A stretch of DNA of 64,000 nt from a virus (taxonomy: Duplodnaviria > Caudoviricetes), in IMG/VR virus record IMGVR_UViG_3300028833_000061, positions 1 to 64,000 of that record. One strand, 5' to 3'. Position 1 is the first letter of the stretch, and every line of letters starts with the position of its first letter. The notes under the pieces were generated by a model. The model was not told where the DNA came from and did not search any database. It worked only from the letters and a program-made list of their open reading frames with translations. Below are positions 8,594-18,438 of this stretch, piece by piece. A program made the translations under genes and the position numbers.

Positions 8594-10045
8594 CTATCCT
8601 CCTATTTCAGCCTCTGCGTCGGCCAGTTCGTTGTTCCAAAGAACAAGTGCCTTGCCTGCATCGTCTACGTTTATTCTATACGGTTTTTGTCCGTTGTAGA
8701 AGTGCCATATTGGCGCGTCCCACATCTTGTTGTTGTTCTCTCCTGGCGTAGGAGGAAATATCCACTTCGAATCTATACGCTTTATGGATCCTGCGAAGAA
8801 ACGGTTCATTGCCGTCTGATCAGGAAGAAAGAACCTGTACGCCTCCTTCGATGCGTAGTCCAAAAACCGTACTACTACATTATCCTTGGACCGCATCTTC
8901 TTCAAGTCCATGACTATCGTGCCGGAATAGAAGCCATACTCCGGCACGACGCCGTACGGTGCTGCAATGACTTCGTTTTCGCCAAGCTCAGTGTCCCACA
9001 GCTCTCTAATAGAAGACCTGCACAGGGTGTCGGCGTCTATGTATATCACGCGATCTACTCCGGGCATCAGCATAGGCAGACAGAATCTGGCAAACGTTAT
9101 GCCTGAAAACGTTCTTACGCGACCACCTGGATTTCTTCTAGAGCACGCGTCAAGCTTCTGCATAAGACTCGAAGGTATACGGTTGAACACAATATGGAAG
9201 TTGTCGGACATGAGCACGTTTATCTTCATCATAAGATCCGCCGGTATGACATTATAGAAGATATGTACACAAACTATGTCGTCCTTGGCCATATTCTTTC
9301 GCATTGTGTAGACAGACACAAGAAGCTGATCACAGAACTGTGCAGCTCCCTGCCCTTGAACGTCGATCGTATAAGCAACATGCATAGTTCGCTCAGCCTT
9401 GTCCTTTGCAACCTCCGCGAGTGCCTTTGAGTATCTTGTCTTAAGATCCAAGTCTGCTGCGCTTTCTAGCTTGCGATCTACTGACCAACCCTGTGGGAGA
9501 TGGATCGAACTGCCGACCGTATGCTGTGCAAATATCGGGTCTTTCCCCTTGTATGACCCGTCCATAAGACCTAAAACTACATCGGCTCGTCCATTCTTCT
9601 CCCACTTTGACAGGAATTCCTTGTAGGCCTTCTCACCAAACAACACATACGCTTGACTGCCGTACACACGCTTGAAGTCAGATCTCTTCGCAATATCCTC
9701 CTTCTGCCTAGGATAGGTCTGTGTCCAGCCGAGCGACAGGCACAGGCAGTCTTTCGGTCTCGTCTCGAATGCCTTTACAAGCAAATTCGCAGCATCGTCT
9801 GACGGAACTGCGTCATCCTCGAACACGACCAGAAATGGCATCTTCGTCTGAAGCGCAAAACGCACCAGAGAGTACTGCGACACCGCATTTCCAAGGGAGC
9901 CTTCGTTGTCTATGTGGCATTCTCGCCACTCTCTTACACTGGAAGGATCCAAGCCGACGGACTTGAACGTACGTTTGAACTGTGACAGGCGCTTTCCGCC
10001 GCCTGTCACAACAAACGCGTTAGAGAGGATTTCCTGTGTAGTCAC
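8594..10045 (-). CDS. Two-domain glycosyltransferase (GT25-like N-terminus plus GT8 C-terminus)
   Basis: VFEDDA and GSQAY (GT25); RVIYIDADT, PDQTAMN, IWHFY..QKP (GT8). Confidence 0.85.
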   Translation of the reverse strand: MTTQEILSNAFVVTGGGKRLSQFKRTFKSVGLDPSSVREWRECHIDNEGSLGNAVSQYSLVRFALQTKMPFLVVFEDDAVPSDDAANLLVKAFETRPKDCLCLSLGWTQTYPRQKEDIAKRSDFKRVYGSQAYVLFGEKAYKEFLSKWEKNGRADVVLGLMDGSYKGKDPIFAQHTVGSSIHLPQGWSVDRKLESAADLDLKTRYSKALAEVAKDKAERTMHVAYTIDVQGQGAAQFCDQLLVSVYTMRKNMAKDDIVCVHIFYNVIPADLMMKINVLMSDNFHIVFNRIPSSLMQKLDACSRRNPGGRVRTFSGITFARFCLPMLMPGVDRVIYIDADTLCRSSIRELWDTELGENEVIAAPYGVVPEYGFYSGTIVMDLKKMRSKDNVVVRFLDYASKEAYRFFLPDQTAMNRFFAGSIKRIDSKWIFPPTPGENNNKMWDAPIWHFYNGQKPYRINVDDAGKALVLWNNELADAEAEIGG

Positions 10046-10054
10046 TTCTTATTA

Positions 10055-10507
10055 CTAATTCGCAGGAACAGCAAAAACAACATAGCCGGAAGAAAGTCCA
10101 CAGTGATCTGTGACATGAGTCTGCGATACAACAAGCCTGAACGGACCTGCGTAAGTATCAAGTGACTGGTTTCCGTCTGTATATTGAAGAAGCTTCACCA
10201 ATACTCCGCAGCTTTCTTGTGAACTTGTGGCCCTGAGATCAAACTCTGTGTCAAAGAACTTGACAGACGGAGGTGTATTCTCTCCTATAAAAACTATGTC
10301 GCCGCCGTCTTGTCTTATCTCCATTCCGCCGCTTCCTGTCGTTATTGTCTCACGATGGTCGCCAGGTGAGCTAAAATTAAAGCCACCTACGATCTCAATT
10401 CCGTTGTTTCCGATTATCTTTCCGTCGAACAAATAGATGCTATCATCTCCGCTATATGTTTTTGCAACGACATGATCGTTGAACTTCAAAGTCTTTATTT
10501 GAGCCAT
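10055..10507 (-). CDS. Hypothetical beta-rich protein of the fibre module
   Basis: ORF with AGGAGG RBS. Confidence 0.55.
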   Translation of the reverse strand: MAQIKTLKFNDHVVAKTYSGDDSIYLFDGKIIGNNGIEIVGGFNFSSPGDHRETITTGSGGMEIRQDGGDIVFIGENTPPSVKFFDTEFDLRATSSQESCGVLVKLLQYTDGNQSLDTYAGPFRLVVSQTHVTDHCGLSSGYVVFAVPAN

Positions 10508-10524
10508 TTTCTTTTCCTCCTGTA

Positions 10525-12339
10525 TTAAACCGGGATCAAAAATCCTTGCTGAAGAGTCCAGTTGTTTGTATTCCAGCTACCGCTTCCTGCCGTCTTTCTG
10601 GCGTAGTACGCACTCCAGTACTTGCAAAGCTCTCCCCGTGCATACGATTTTGACGCACTGAAGTCCTCTACGTTGGCAAGATCAGGCAAATATAGCATAG
10701 AACTCCAGTTTGATGAAGCCTTCCACGTGCTCGCAAGCGAAGCCGGTATATAGATCCTCTTGTCATACGGCGTATTCGAGAAAGTAGAAGCAGATATGAC
10801 AGGAACTGCCTCGCACTGCGTAAAGTCATACTCGACAATGCTTGAATATGCAAAAACCAAATCTCCAAATGTAATCTGCGACCCGTTGTCCTTGAATTCT
10901 ACTCTCTTGAGCGATTTGCAGTAATAGAATGCATTCTTTGGCACGTTTGTTGTCGTTATTGTACCGACATCCTCCAAAGAGACGCATCCGCTGAAAAATC
11001 CTATTGTCGATCCACCAAGCGACGACGTCTCGTCAAGGCCCGTGCTCTTCAGCGCTGTACAGTCGAGAAAGCTTCCTCCGCCCATTACAGCTCCGTTACA
11101 GATCTGAACGGTTTGCAGCCTTCCGCACTCGGCAAACAAGCTTACTCCGTATGTTCCGTTTGCAGGAAGTCCTCCATACACAGCCTTCAACGACCCACAA
11201 GACTTGCACGCGTTGTCACCTATGTTTGTTATCGTCGAAACTAGACCAATATGTTCAATGCCAGGACACTGTAAAAATGCCTTTTGGCCTACTGTTGTAA
11301 CAGTCCTGGGAATAGAAATCCTTGTCAGCGAAGAGCAATACGCCACGGCCTCCTGGCTGACAGAAGTGGCACCCCTTGGAAATACAACTGCCTTTAGTTT
11401 AGGACATCCTGCAAAAACACCGGTTCCAACTGCAACTCCGTCTGGTATTGCTATAGATTCAAGGTTTATACACTGACCAAAAACCCAGTTGGACAGCTCA
11501 CTGATCTTGCCGAGCTTGATCGACTTTATACAAGAGGTACCTCTGACTATGTTTGGAGTTCCAGTACTCTGTAGGCCACAAATCGGCCCTGCAAGTTTCA
11601 GTTTCGGATCCCCAGATACCAACTGTGTGACTTTTATCGTATATGTTCCAGGTGCAGCATATTTGTGCTCTCGTACAGTATACGCGTTGGATCCTACTGG
11701 GTCGTTGACTGCGCCGTCTCCCCACTCGAGCTTCACGGACGACCCGGACACCTGGGCAAACGCAAAACAGAACGTGTTGTCTGAATCTGCGCCCACTTCA
11801 ACGGTTAAATACGTAACCTCGTCGTCGGTTATGTAGTTGCAACCAACAGTCGTCTTAACTACAAAAACTTCTGGTGGTATGGCATCCAGTATGTCTGAAA
11901 GCAATGCTTCGTCTGTGAGACCAAGCTCCTGCTTCAGCTGGTCAAGGGTTGAGTCGTCGGATAGCCCTAAATACTTCTTTACGTCGTTGAGACCGATCTC
12001 GCTCTTGTAGGCGTCAAGATTGTCTTTTATCTCCTGCAGCGTATAGTTCCATCCCTGTGCTCTAAGAGCCGGAGTCTCCGTCATGTGGTTTGTCGGCAAT
12101 GGTGGCAATTCAGTAAGCGCCATAGCCTGTGCATACGTATACCTGTACAACACAGTGCCATCATAGTCTATGAATTCAAGATCGGCTGGTTCCTGATCAC
12201 CGGACGGCAATGCCCTGATGGCGTCGCCGTACTCGGACAGCTTCTGAGGTACTGTTCCTCCCTTTTCCTCGATCGCAGCGGCGATATCCGCCTTCGAGGC
12301 TAGTATCGCCTGGATCTTGTCTGCTATCGTTCCAGCCAT
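10525..12339 (-). CDS. BspA-type leucine-rich repeat (LRR_5) protein, probable receptor-binding/fibre component
   Basis: Repeated F..C..L..I.IP..V..IG..AF units; start MAGTIADK overlaps upstream stop (TAATG). Confidence 0.85.
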   Translation of the reverse strand: MAGTIADKIQAILASKADIAAAIEEKGGTVPQKLSEYGDAIRALPSGDQEPADLEFIDYDGTVLYRYTYAQAMALTELPPLPTNHMTETPALRAQGWNYTLQEIKDNLDAYKSEIGLNDVKKYLGLSDDSTLDQLKQELGLTDEALLSDILDAIPPEVFVVKTTVGCNYITDDEVTYLTVEVGADSDNTFCFAFAQVSGSSVKLEWGDGAVNDPVGSNAYTVREHKYAAPGTYTIKVTQLVSGDPKLKLAGPICGLQSTGTPNIVRGTSCIKSIKLGKISELSNWVFGQCINLESIAIPDGVAVGTGVFAGCPKLKAVVFPRGATSVSQEAVAYCSSLTRISIPRTVTTVGQKAFLQCPGIEHIGLVSTITNIGDNACKSCGSLKAVYGGLPANGTYGVSLFAECGRLQTVQICNGAVMGGGSFLDCTALKSTGLDETSSLGGSTIGFFSGCVSLEDVGTITTTNVPKNAFYYCKSLKRVEFKDNGSQITFGDLVFAYSSIVEYDFTQCEAVPVISASTFSNTPYDKRIYIPASLASTWKASSNWSSMLYLPDLANVEDFSASKSYARGELCKYWSAYYARKTAGSGSWNTNNWTLQQGFLIPV

Positions 12340-15300
12340 TAGAGGGCCTCCCCGTTGATCGCGTCTAATACCCTTCTGATGTTTCCAAGAACCTCGGACA
12401 CCGAAGTCTGTCTCCAGTCTCCTCCATACCAAGAATACCCGGCAGTTACCGCATTAGTACACTCGTACAGCTTCGCTTCACGCACTACAAAATCGCCGTT
12501 AGTATACGCGTTTGATGACGAAAACACCGGGGCTATAGACTCAAGCAGTACTGTGTTTTCTGCAACAACCTGTTTTGCCATGTCCCTTACTTCGTCAAAC
12601 GGGGCTAACTTTACACCGTTATACTCGTAATAATATGGAAAATACGCTATAGGATCGTATCCAAGTATCGTAACAAGTTCCTGAACTCCTGCCCTGATAG
12701 TCAGATACCCTGAAGAATCAAGCAAGCAATCGCCCATGTCGGTACTACCAAGCCTTATTAAATAACCACGGTATCCAGGTGGCACTGACGACATATATCT
12801 ATTGTATACGAAACTAACGTTGTCCCCTACTGTATCCTTGAACGTGGCCGTGATCGCTGCCTGCTGCTCCTTTGTTATCAGGAGAATTGGCGCCATGTTC
12901 GTATCTACCACTCTCACTGGCGTTAGCAAAGACTTCAGATTCGTCTCTCCAATCCAGAACCCCTCTGTGCCTCCAATCGGATCTATGTTGAACGTGCCTG
13001 GTCCATGGCTCTCGTAGAAGCCGTTTGTCAGACTCTGTATGTTGTCGGCATGTTGGGCTGTCCACAGAGATGCGCGAGGAGCGCTAGTCGAGTCAAATCC
13101 GGCGGACCAGGCCCATGAATCGGAATCCTTTGCCGAAACGTACTTTCCGTGGGCCTGTGACGTTCCTGCAGATGCGAGGGTATACCACCCTGAAGAGCTG
13201 GAGGCATATCCGGCGGCAGTCGTGCCTTCTCCTGTAGCCGTTGAAACATTTCCTTTCGCTCTGGTGTTCTTTCCAGACGCAAATCCTATCTTTCCTGTTA
13301 CCTTTCCGCCATAACCTGTGACGAACGAATCATCGTCGGCGGTTGTCACGTTGTTTCCTAGAGCGACGGACGACCTTCCCTTGGCCTCTGTATTGCCTCT
13401 GCCTACAGACAGGGTAAACCCGCCGGGATTTGGGTCGAACGCAGTAGACACTAGATCCGCCTTCTCACCGACATACAACGCACCGTACAGCGAGACATAC
13501 CTGTTAGCCCTGCGCGAACCGACGAATGTGTCCAGAAGATCATAGTACTTAAGAGACTGGAACTCAGACTCGGATCCTTCCAGGGTCGTGCTCTTATAAA
13601 GAACATTATCAATGCTTCCTAGATAGGTCTTCAAGTTTTTATCGCCAATCCAAAAGCCAGAAAGACCACCAAGCGGATTTACATTGAACGTCCTTTGTCC
13701 GTGGTCTGCATACTGGCCATAACCTCCGTTCCACATGAACACATACTGGTTTGTCACGGCCGTAAGCCCACCAAGCACTACGGAATATGGAGCGTTGGAC
13801 ACCACATTGTGGTGGTACCCTCCGATTATTATGTTCTGCGAGTTGTATACACCAGTGCCTGTAGGTGCCAAAAACGTAGCGTTCGGAGAATTATACACGC
13901 CTCCTCCTCCGCCGCTTAGCACAAAGCTGCTGCCGGAATTCATGGCGGTCGTGCCTCCTACGCCGGTGATTATGGAGTAGGGAGAACTTTCCAGATTGTT
14001 GCTGATATTGCCGGAAACTATTGAATTCGCCGAGTCCTTTACGGTATGGCCAGACTGCCCAAACACGGCGGCTCCGCTGGAGTTCGTAACCAGGTTGCCG
14101 TTGCCGAACACCGTTACGTTGTCTCCGAAAACGGAATTGTTGTTTCCGAAAACGAAGTTGTTGTTGCCAGATACGCTATTTTCGTCAAGCCTGTATACGT
14201 TGACACTGCCATTTCCGTTTGTCGTTATGAAGCCAGCGTCATTGGCATACGCGCTAAGCGCACCAGGTACGGTTATGTTCTGTTTGAACAGACTGGGCTC
14301 TACATACGGAAGCGAACCGTCAAACCCAGCGGACGCTTCGATCCAATACTGTGCGTTGGTTCCTTCGATTGTTCCGATTACAATCTGTGGCTTGTTTGCA
14401 GGTATAGAGCTTATAAACGCCGTGCCTCCAGATCTTCCTACCATGTCTATACCAACGTTGCCTCTAAGATTTGAATAGCTCGGATGGCCGTAAGAGTCGT
14501 CTACGAAATTACCTACATTTATGTATTGAACGCCGTCGTCAGTCGTTGAAAGAATCTTTGTCTTAAGCTGGGTCGAGCTTGGAAATCCAGACCAAGCTTC
14601 CTCGTATACCCCACTGCTATACACACGAACAAGCAAGAGTGACTCTGTATTATCTGGAAGTACAACAAATTCAAACTTACCGGCGGGAGGCAACCAGGGC
14701 TCAGCCGGTGTACCAATCAGACAGTTTGTAACCACGAAGAACGGTGTATCTTGATCTAACACCTGTCCAACTGCATGATATATAAGAGCCTGTGCGCCTG
14801 TCCCATAGTTTTTGTACAGCTTGATAGAAACAGCCACTGGATTTGACGAGTATATATCGTTTTCGCTCTCAACGACTGCGACAGTTCCAGCTATTCCACC
14901 AATCTCGCTGCTACTAGGACTCGATACGTACTTCCACTGCGGAGTAAGTGAAACCGTTCCGTTCTGGGCTATTGACATCTTATAGTTAGAGCCCTGCTCT
15001 ACTCGATTGGTCGGATATACTGACGCTAGCCAGTTAGTGAATGCAGGATCCGTCTCTGTAATATTTGCGAGGTCCTCCTCGGTTGCTACTGTTCCAGCCT
15101 TGAGTACTCCGTTTGTCCTCCACGTAAGTGTTCTGCTACTACCAGAACTATACTCAGACATGTTCCAGGCATTTATGTATAGATTATCAAGATAGAAATC
15201 ACCGCTACTATTGAAACCGGCATACAGCTTTCCGTTATTTATACTTAACGCCAGATCATACACTTCGTTGGTTATGGCCGAACGGGTCTCATCAGTTCTG

Positions 15301-16370
15301 GCGAGTATAAGGTTATTTGTCTTTATCCCACTATCATCAAGTACGTCAGAATTGCCAAAAGTAACTACGTTTCCTGCACCAACGCTTGTTGGCTTTACAG
15401 GAATTTTGTAATTGTTGAGCGCTTCATAGAAGTCCAGAGTATACGTACACGGAGCACTAGGGTCGTTGCTCACAAAAACAAGGCAGTCTGGGCCGAACCC
15501 AAACTCAATGTAGTTGGTATATCCACTGTACGAATTATAGGTGGCGAACCTGCTGAGCAGCGGGTCAGCGAGCCAGTTTGTGAATACAGGGTCTGTCTCA
15601 GTGCTAACTCCGCCAGATGGAATCTCGATGCTGTCGTTCCTTACAAACAGTGTTCTGTTTGACAGTACAATTGTCGGATCGCTCTCGGATATAATAGCCC
15701 GCATTGCCCGATTGCTGACCTCGCTATAGTTACCAGGCGTAGCGCTTGAAACAACGTCCAGAACCCAGTTTGTAGTGGCGAGCCAGTTGGTTACACTTCC
15801 GTCGATCTTGTCCTTTGTGACTGCGTTATCCGCCAACTTGGCCGTAGTTACGGCCTTGTTCGTGAGCTTTCCAGTAGAAACACTAAGATTGGCTATGATT
15901 GCGCCGTTCACGGCATTGTTTGCCAACTTGTCTCCGGTTATAGACTTGTCTGCCAAAGAGCTGCCCCTGACAAGATTGGTCATTATGTAGCCATCACCGT
16001 CCAGCAGATCATCGACAGCATTGGTTATCGACTGGCCTACCCATTCACGCGTAGCAAACGAAGCAGCGTCTGGAATCATATTGGATACAGCAACCACCTG
16101 TTCTACAGTAGCCAGTCCATCCAAGGAAGGAATCGCATTCGACACCGCAGTTACCTGTTCCTTCGTGGCAAATCCAGACACATCAGGTATAGCTGCTTCT
16201 ACATCGTCGACGAGATCATCTACGTAAGACACGGAAGCAAGTCCGTTTGTGACAGACTCAGCTTCCTTTATCTTGTCCTCGACCCAGTCCTCGGTCGCAA
16301 ATGGTCCAATGGACACCGACTGTGCGGCGCATATCGAAACGCTAGCCAGCCAAACAAAAAGTTTCTTCAT
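12339..16370 (-). CDS. Large tail-fibre/adhesin-like protein with YadA-like head repeats and signal-peptide-like N-terminus
   Basis: AVTTAKLADNAVT, ETDP.FTNWL x2, A.G..S.A.G repeats, HG..TFN..P.GG..GFWIG..NLK x2. Confidence 0.75.
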   Translation of the reverse strand: MKKLFVWLASVSICAAQSVSIGPFATEDWVEDKIKEAESVTNGLASVSYVDDLVDDVEAAIPDVSGFATKEQVTAVSNAIPSLDGLATVEQVVAVSNMIPDAASFATREWVGQSITNAVDDLLDGDGYIMTNLVRGSSLADKSITGDKLANNAVNGAIIANLSVSTGKLTNKAVTTAKLADNAVTKDKIDGSVTNWLATTNWVLDVVSSATPGNYSEVSNRAMRAIISESDPTIVLSNRTLFVRNDSIEIPSGGVSTETDPVFTNWLADPLLSRFATYNSYSGYTNYIEFGFGPDCLVFVSNDPSAPCTYTLDFYEALNNYKIPVKPTSVGAGNVVTFGNSDVLDDSGIKTNNLILARTDETRSAITNEVYDLALSINNGKLYAGFNSSGDFYLDNLYINAWNMSEYSSGSSRTLTWRTNGVLKAGTVATEEDLANITETDPAFTNWLASVYPTNRVEQGSNYKMSIAQNGTVSLTPQWKYVSSPSSSEIGGIAGTVAVVESENDIYSSNPVAVSIKLYKNYGTGAQALIYHAVGQVLDQDTPFFVVTNCLIGTPAEPWLPPAGKFEFVVLPDNTESLLLVRVYSSGVYEEAWSGFPSSTQLKTKILSTTDDGVQYINVGNFVDDSYGHPSYSNLRGNVGIDMVGRSGGTAFISSIPANKPQIVIGTIEGTNAQYWIEASAGFDGSLPYVEPSLFKQNITVPGALSAYANDAGFITTNGNGSVNVYRLDENSVSGNNNFVFGNNNSVFGDNVTVFGNGNLVTNSSGAAVFGQSGHTVKDSANSIVSGNISNNLESSPYSIITGVGGTTAMNSGSSFVLSGGGGGVYNSPNATFLAPTGTGVYNSQNIIIGGYHHNVVSNAPYSVVLGGLTAVTNQYVFMWNGGYGQYADHGQRTFNVNPLGGLSGFWIGDKNLKTYLGSIDNVLYKSTTLEGSESEFQSLKYYDLLDTFVGSRRANRYVSLYGALYVGEKADLVSTAFDPNPGGFTLSVGRGNTEAKGRSSVALGNNVTTADDDSFVTGYGGKVTGKIGFASGKNTRAKGNVSTATGEGTTAAGYASSSSGWYTLASAGTSQAHGKYVSAKDSDSWAWSAGFDSTSAPRASLWTAQHADNIQSLTNGFYESHGPGTFNIDPIGGTEGFWIGETNLKSLLTPVRVVDTNMAPILLITKEQQAAITATFKDTVGDNVSFVYNRYMSSVPPGYRGYLIRLGSTDMGDCLLDSSGYLTIRAGVQELVTILGYDPIAYFPYYYEYNGVKLAPFDEVRDMAKQVVAENTVLLESIAPVFSSSNAYTNGDFVVREAKLYECTNAVTAGYSWYGGDWRQTSVSEVLGNIRRVLDAINGEAL

Positions 16371-16621
16371 TTGTCTACTCCGTATCTCTTTAGCCAGTCG
16401 CCGAAATCATCCTCGGCGTTAGTTACAGTACCCCACACAGTATCGCTGATCTTGCAATGCAGGATCTTGGGCTTGCCGAACCTGTTCAATATGACAACGC
16501 ATTTGGCGGGTCCCTTGTATAACGGTCCGTCAAATATGTTGTTGCCCATCACAATAACGTCATCCTCGCGGGCTTCTGTCTTCTCTATTTCTGTAGAATC
16601 AGCTGAGCTCGTCGTAGGCAT
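16367..16621 (-). CDS. Hypothetical protein
   Basis: Coupled ORF (ATGA overlap with fibre gene). Confidence 0.5.
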   Translation of the reverse strand: MPTTSSADSTEIEKTEAREDDVIVMGNNIFDGPLYKGPAKCVVILNRFGKPKILHCKISDTVWGTVTNAEDDFGDWLKRYGVDK

Positions 16622-17528
16622 GTGGGTCTTCCTCGAAGACGACCGGAGTCACTTCCTCCGAGATCGTCATGTTCATCCTTGTCTTTGCTGCTGTTCCAAG
16701 AGCCTTTATCGTCTCTCCGTCGTAATCCTGCACAAGAAACGCATAGTATCCGATTACCGGCACTCCGCGCTTCTTGTTGTTCTGCACAAACTGGGTTACC
16801 TTGTCTGGATTGCCATGCGCCACCAAGGCTCCGCCTATGTTCATCTCCCTGATGATAAGCCCGTGGTCGGATATGACGAATGCGCTGGAAGGGTTGGTAG
16901 CTGACACCTTGGAAGGGTGAACAGCATAGAAGTTCATGCCGTTAGTGCCTGAAGGGTGGCCACCAGCTCCATTGTTACATGTGAGGAAACCGGCCTTTGC
17001 AAGCTGCGTTTTCGCATAATCCTCGAACTTCCTGCCACCTGCCGTCTGAGTCTCGGCAACAGGCTGTACGACTACATTGTCCTTGCCATCCTTGATGATG
17101 CCTTCCAGCAGCTTTACGCACTTGTCATAGCAGTTGCCAACGTTAAACTGCTTCTTATCACCATACTTGCCTGAGCCCATGTTGTCGTTGACTATGGAGA
17201 CGAAAAGCCAAAGACCGCGATCCTTGGCATCCTTGTGTATCTGCCTGTACAGCTCCAGCTGGTTCTTAACCCAGGAATCGGTCCACCACTTGGACTCCTG
17301 GCCTACGGCCGATCTCCAGCCTGCAAGCTCGATCATGTACCCGGAGCCTCCGTGCTGGACCAAGGCGTCCATCTCCTTCTTCCACAGGGACCTGGACTTC
17401 CACCACCAGTTGACCCTTCCATACCACACCTGAGGAGCGCCTACCAGAATAGGCGAAAGCTTCTTCTTTTTAACCATTACATCGTCTAGCCCGAGAAGCT
17501 CGAGTATCTTCTGCCAGATCTTCTTCAT
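16599..17528 (-). CDS. Hypothetical protein, possibly glycoside-hydrolase-like TIM barrel
   Basis: Alternating beta/alpha pattern (GYMIEL, GLWLFVSIVND, VVQPVAE, FYAVHP, VISDHG); fold is a guess. Confidence 0.4.
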   Translation of the reverse strand: MKKIWQKILELLGLDDVMVKKKKLSPILVGAPQVWYGRVNWWWKSRSLWKKEMDALVQHGGSGYMIELAGWRSAVGQESKWWTDSWVKNQLELYRQIHKDAKDRGLWLFVSIVNDNMGSGKYGDKKQFNVGNCYDKCVKLLEGIIKDGKDNVVVQPVAETQTAGGRKFEDYAKTQLAKAGFLTCNNGAGGHPSGTNGMNFYAVHPSKVSATNPSSAFVISDHGLIIREMNIGGALVAHGNPDKVTQFVQNNKKRGVPVIGYYAFLVQDYDGETIKALGTAAKTRMNMTISEEVTPVVFEEDPHAYDELS

Positions 17529-17681
17529 GTTCCTCTTCTCCTTGTGTATCACGACGCCCGCTATCCAATTATAAGTGACGGCAGTTCCACGAACTGTCGC
17601 CATACCGATACCTGTTCTAACTGATGACATGCGGACTCACTCCTTTTTCGAATAGTACCATAAACAGCGAATGCAAGTCCA

Positions 17682-17909
17682 CTACCCGTTCTTCTCTACG
17701 AAATCGATCTCTGATTGGAGATACCAGACAGCCTTCTTCAGGTCTTCAGTATACTTGGCTGTATCCTTTTTACCTGCTCTTAGGATGTACTTTATAGCGT
17801 TCCCGAGTGCAAAGGATCCACGGATGTGGGAGAAGGCATTGATGATATCAATGACCTCCATCCCACCCTCCTTGTAGTGGTCAGGATGATTGACGGCTTC
17901 CTTTGCCAT
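17682..17909 (-). CDS. DUF3310 / T7 gp1.7-like nucleotide kinase domain protein
   Basis: VNHPDHY...EVIDII...GNAIKYILRAGKK...EDLKKAVWYL. Confidence 0.85.
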   Translation of the reverse strand: MAKEAVNHPDHYKEGGMEVIDIINAFSHIRGSFALGNAIKYILRAGKKDTAKYTEDLKKAVWYLQSEIDFVEKNG

Positions 17910-17919
17910 CGTATCGGAC

Positions 17920-18198
17920 CTACTTCTTCCTGACAAATCCAGTCAAGGTTATGTCGGTGTTGAACAAGGCGTACTTGCGATCTAGCCGGACGTCGACAAG
18001 CTCCTCGTCCGGCTGCAGCATCTTTTTCAGCTCTGTAACAAGATTGTTTATAAACTTGTTGTCAGCCATCGTATCCAGCTCGGCAGTGTCCATAGTATAC
18101 GTATCCGTCTTGATGATCTTGTCGTATTCGTCGACCCTTGGCTTTGGCAGCCCTTCCAGGTCCTTGATCAGCTTGAATCCCTTCTCGGTATTGTCCAT
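17920..18198 (-). CDS. Hypothetical protein
   Basis: ORF with AGGAGG RBS. Confidence 0.6.
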   Translation of the reverse strand: MDNTEKGFKLIKDLEGLPKPRVDEYDKIIKTDTYTMDTAELDTMADNKFINNLVTELKKMLQPDEELVDVRLDRKYALFNTDITLTGFVRKK

Positions 18199-18208
18199 TT
18201 TATTCCTC

Positions 18209-18427
18209 CTACACCATCGCGATTACAGTCTCTTCAGGCAGTTCCTCTGCCGTGTTTATACCATTGAACTCCCTCAGGGCCTCCTCCTTAGAATAGTAAA
18301 TCGTCTCAGGGAAGCCACCGTATGCAGGAAACTGGTTCTTCCAGCCGAACAAACCCCTTACCTGGATCTCCCAATAGGGCTTGCCGTTCATAAAGTGCTT
18401 CTCTACGACTCTTCTCTTGCCTGCCAT
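18209..18427 (-). CDS. Hypothetical protein
   Basis: ORF with AGGAG RBS. Confidence 0.55.
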   Translation of the reverse strand: MAGKRRVVEKHFMNGKPYWEIQVRGLFGWKNQFPAYGGFPETIYYSKEEALREFNGINTAEELPEETVIAMV

Positions 18428-18438
18428 TTGTTTTCTCC

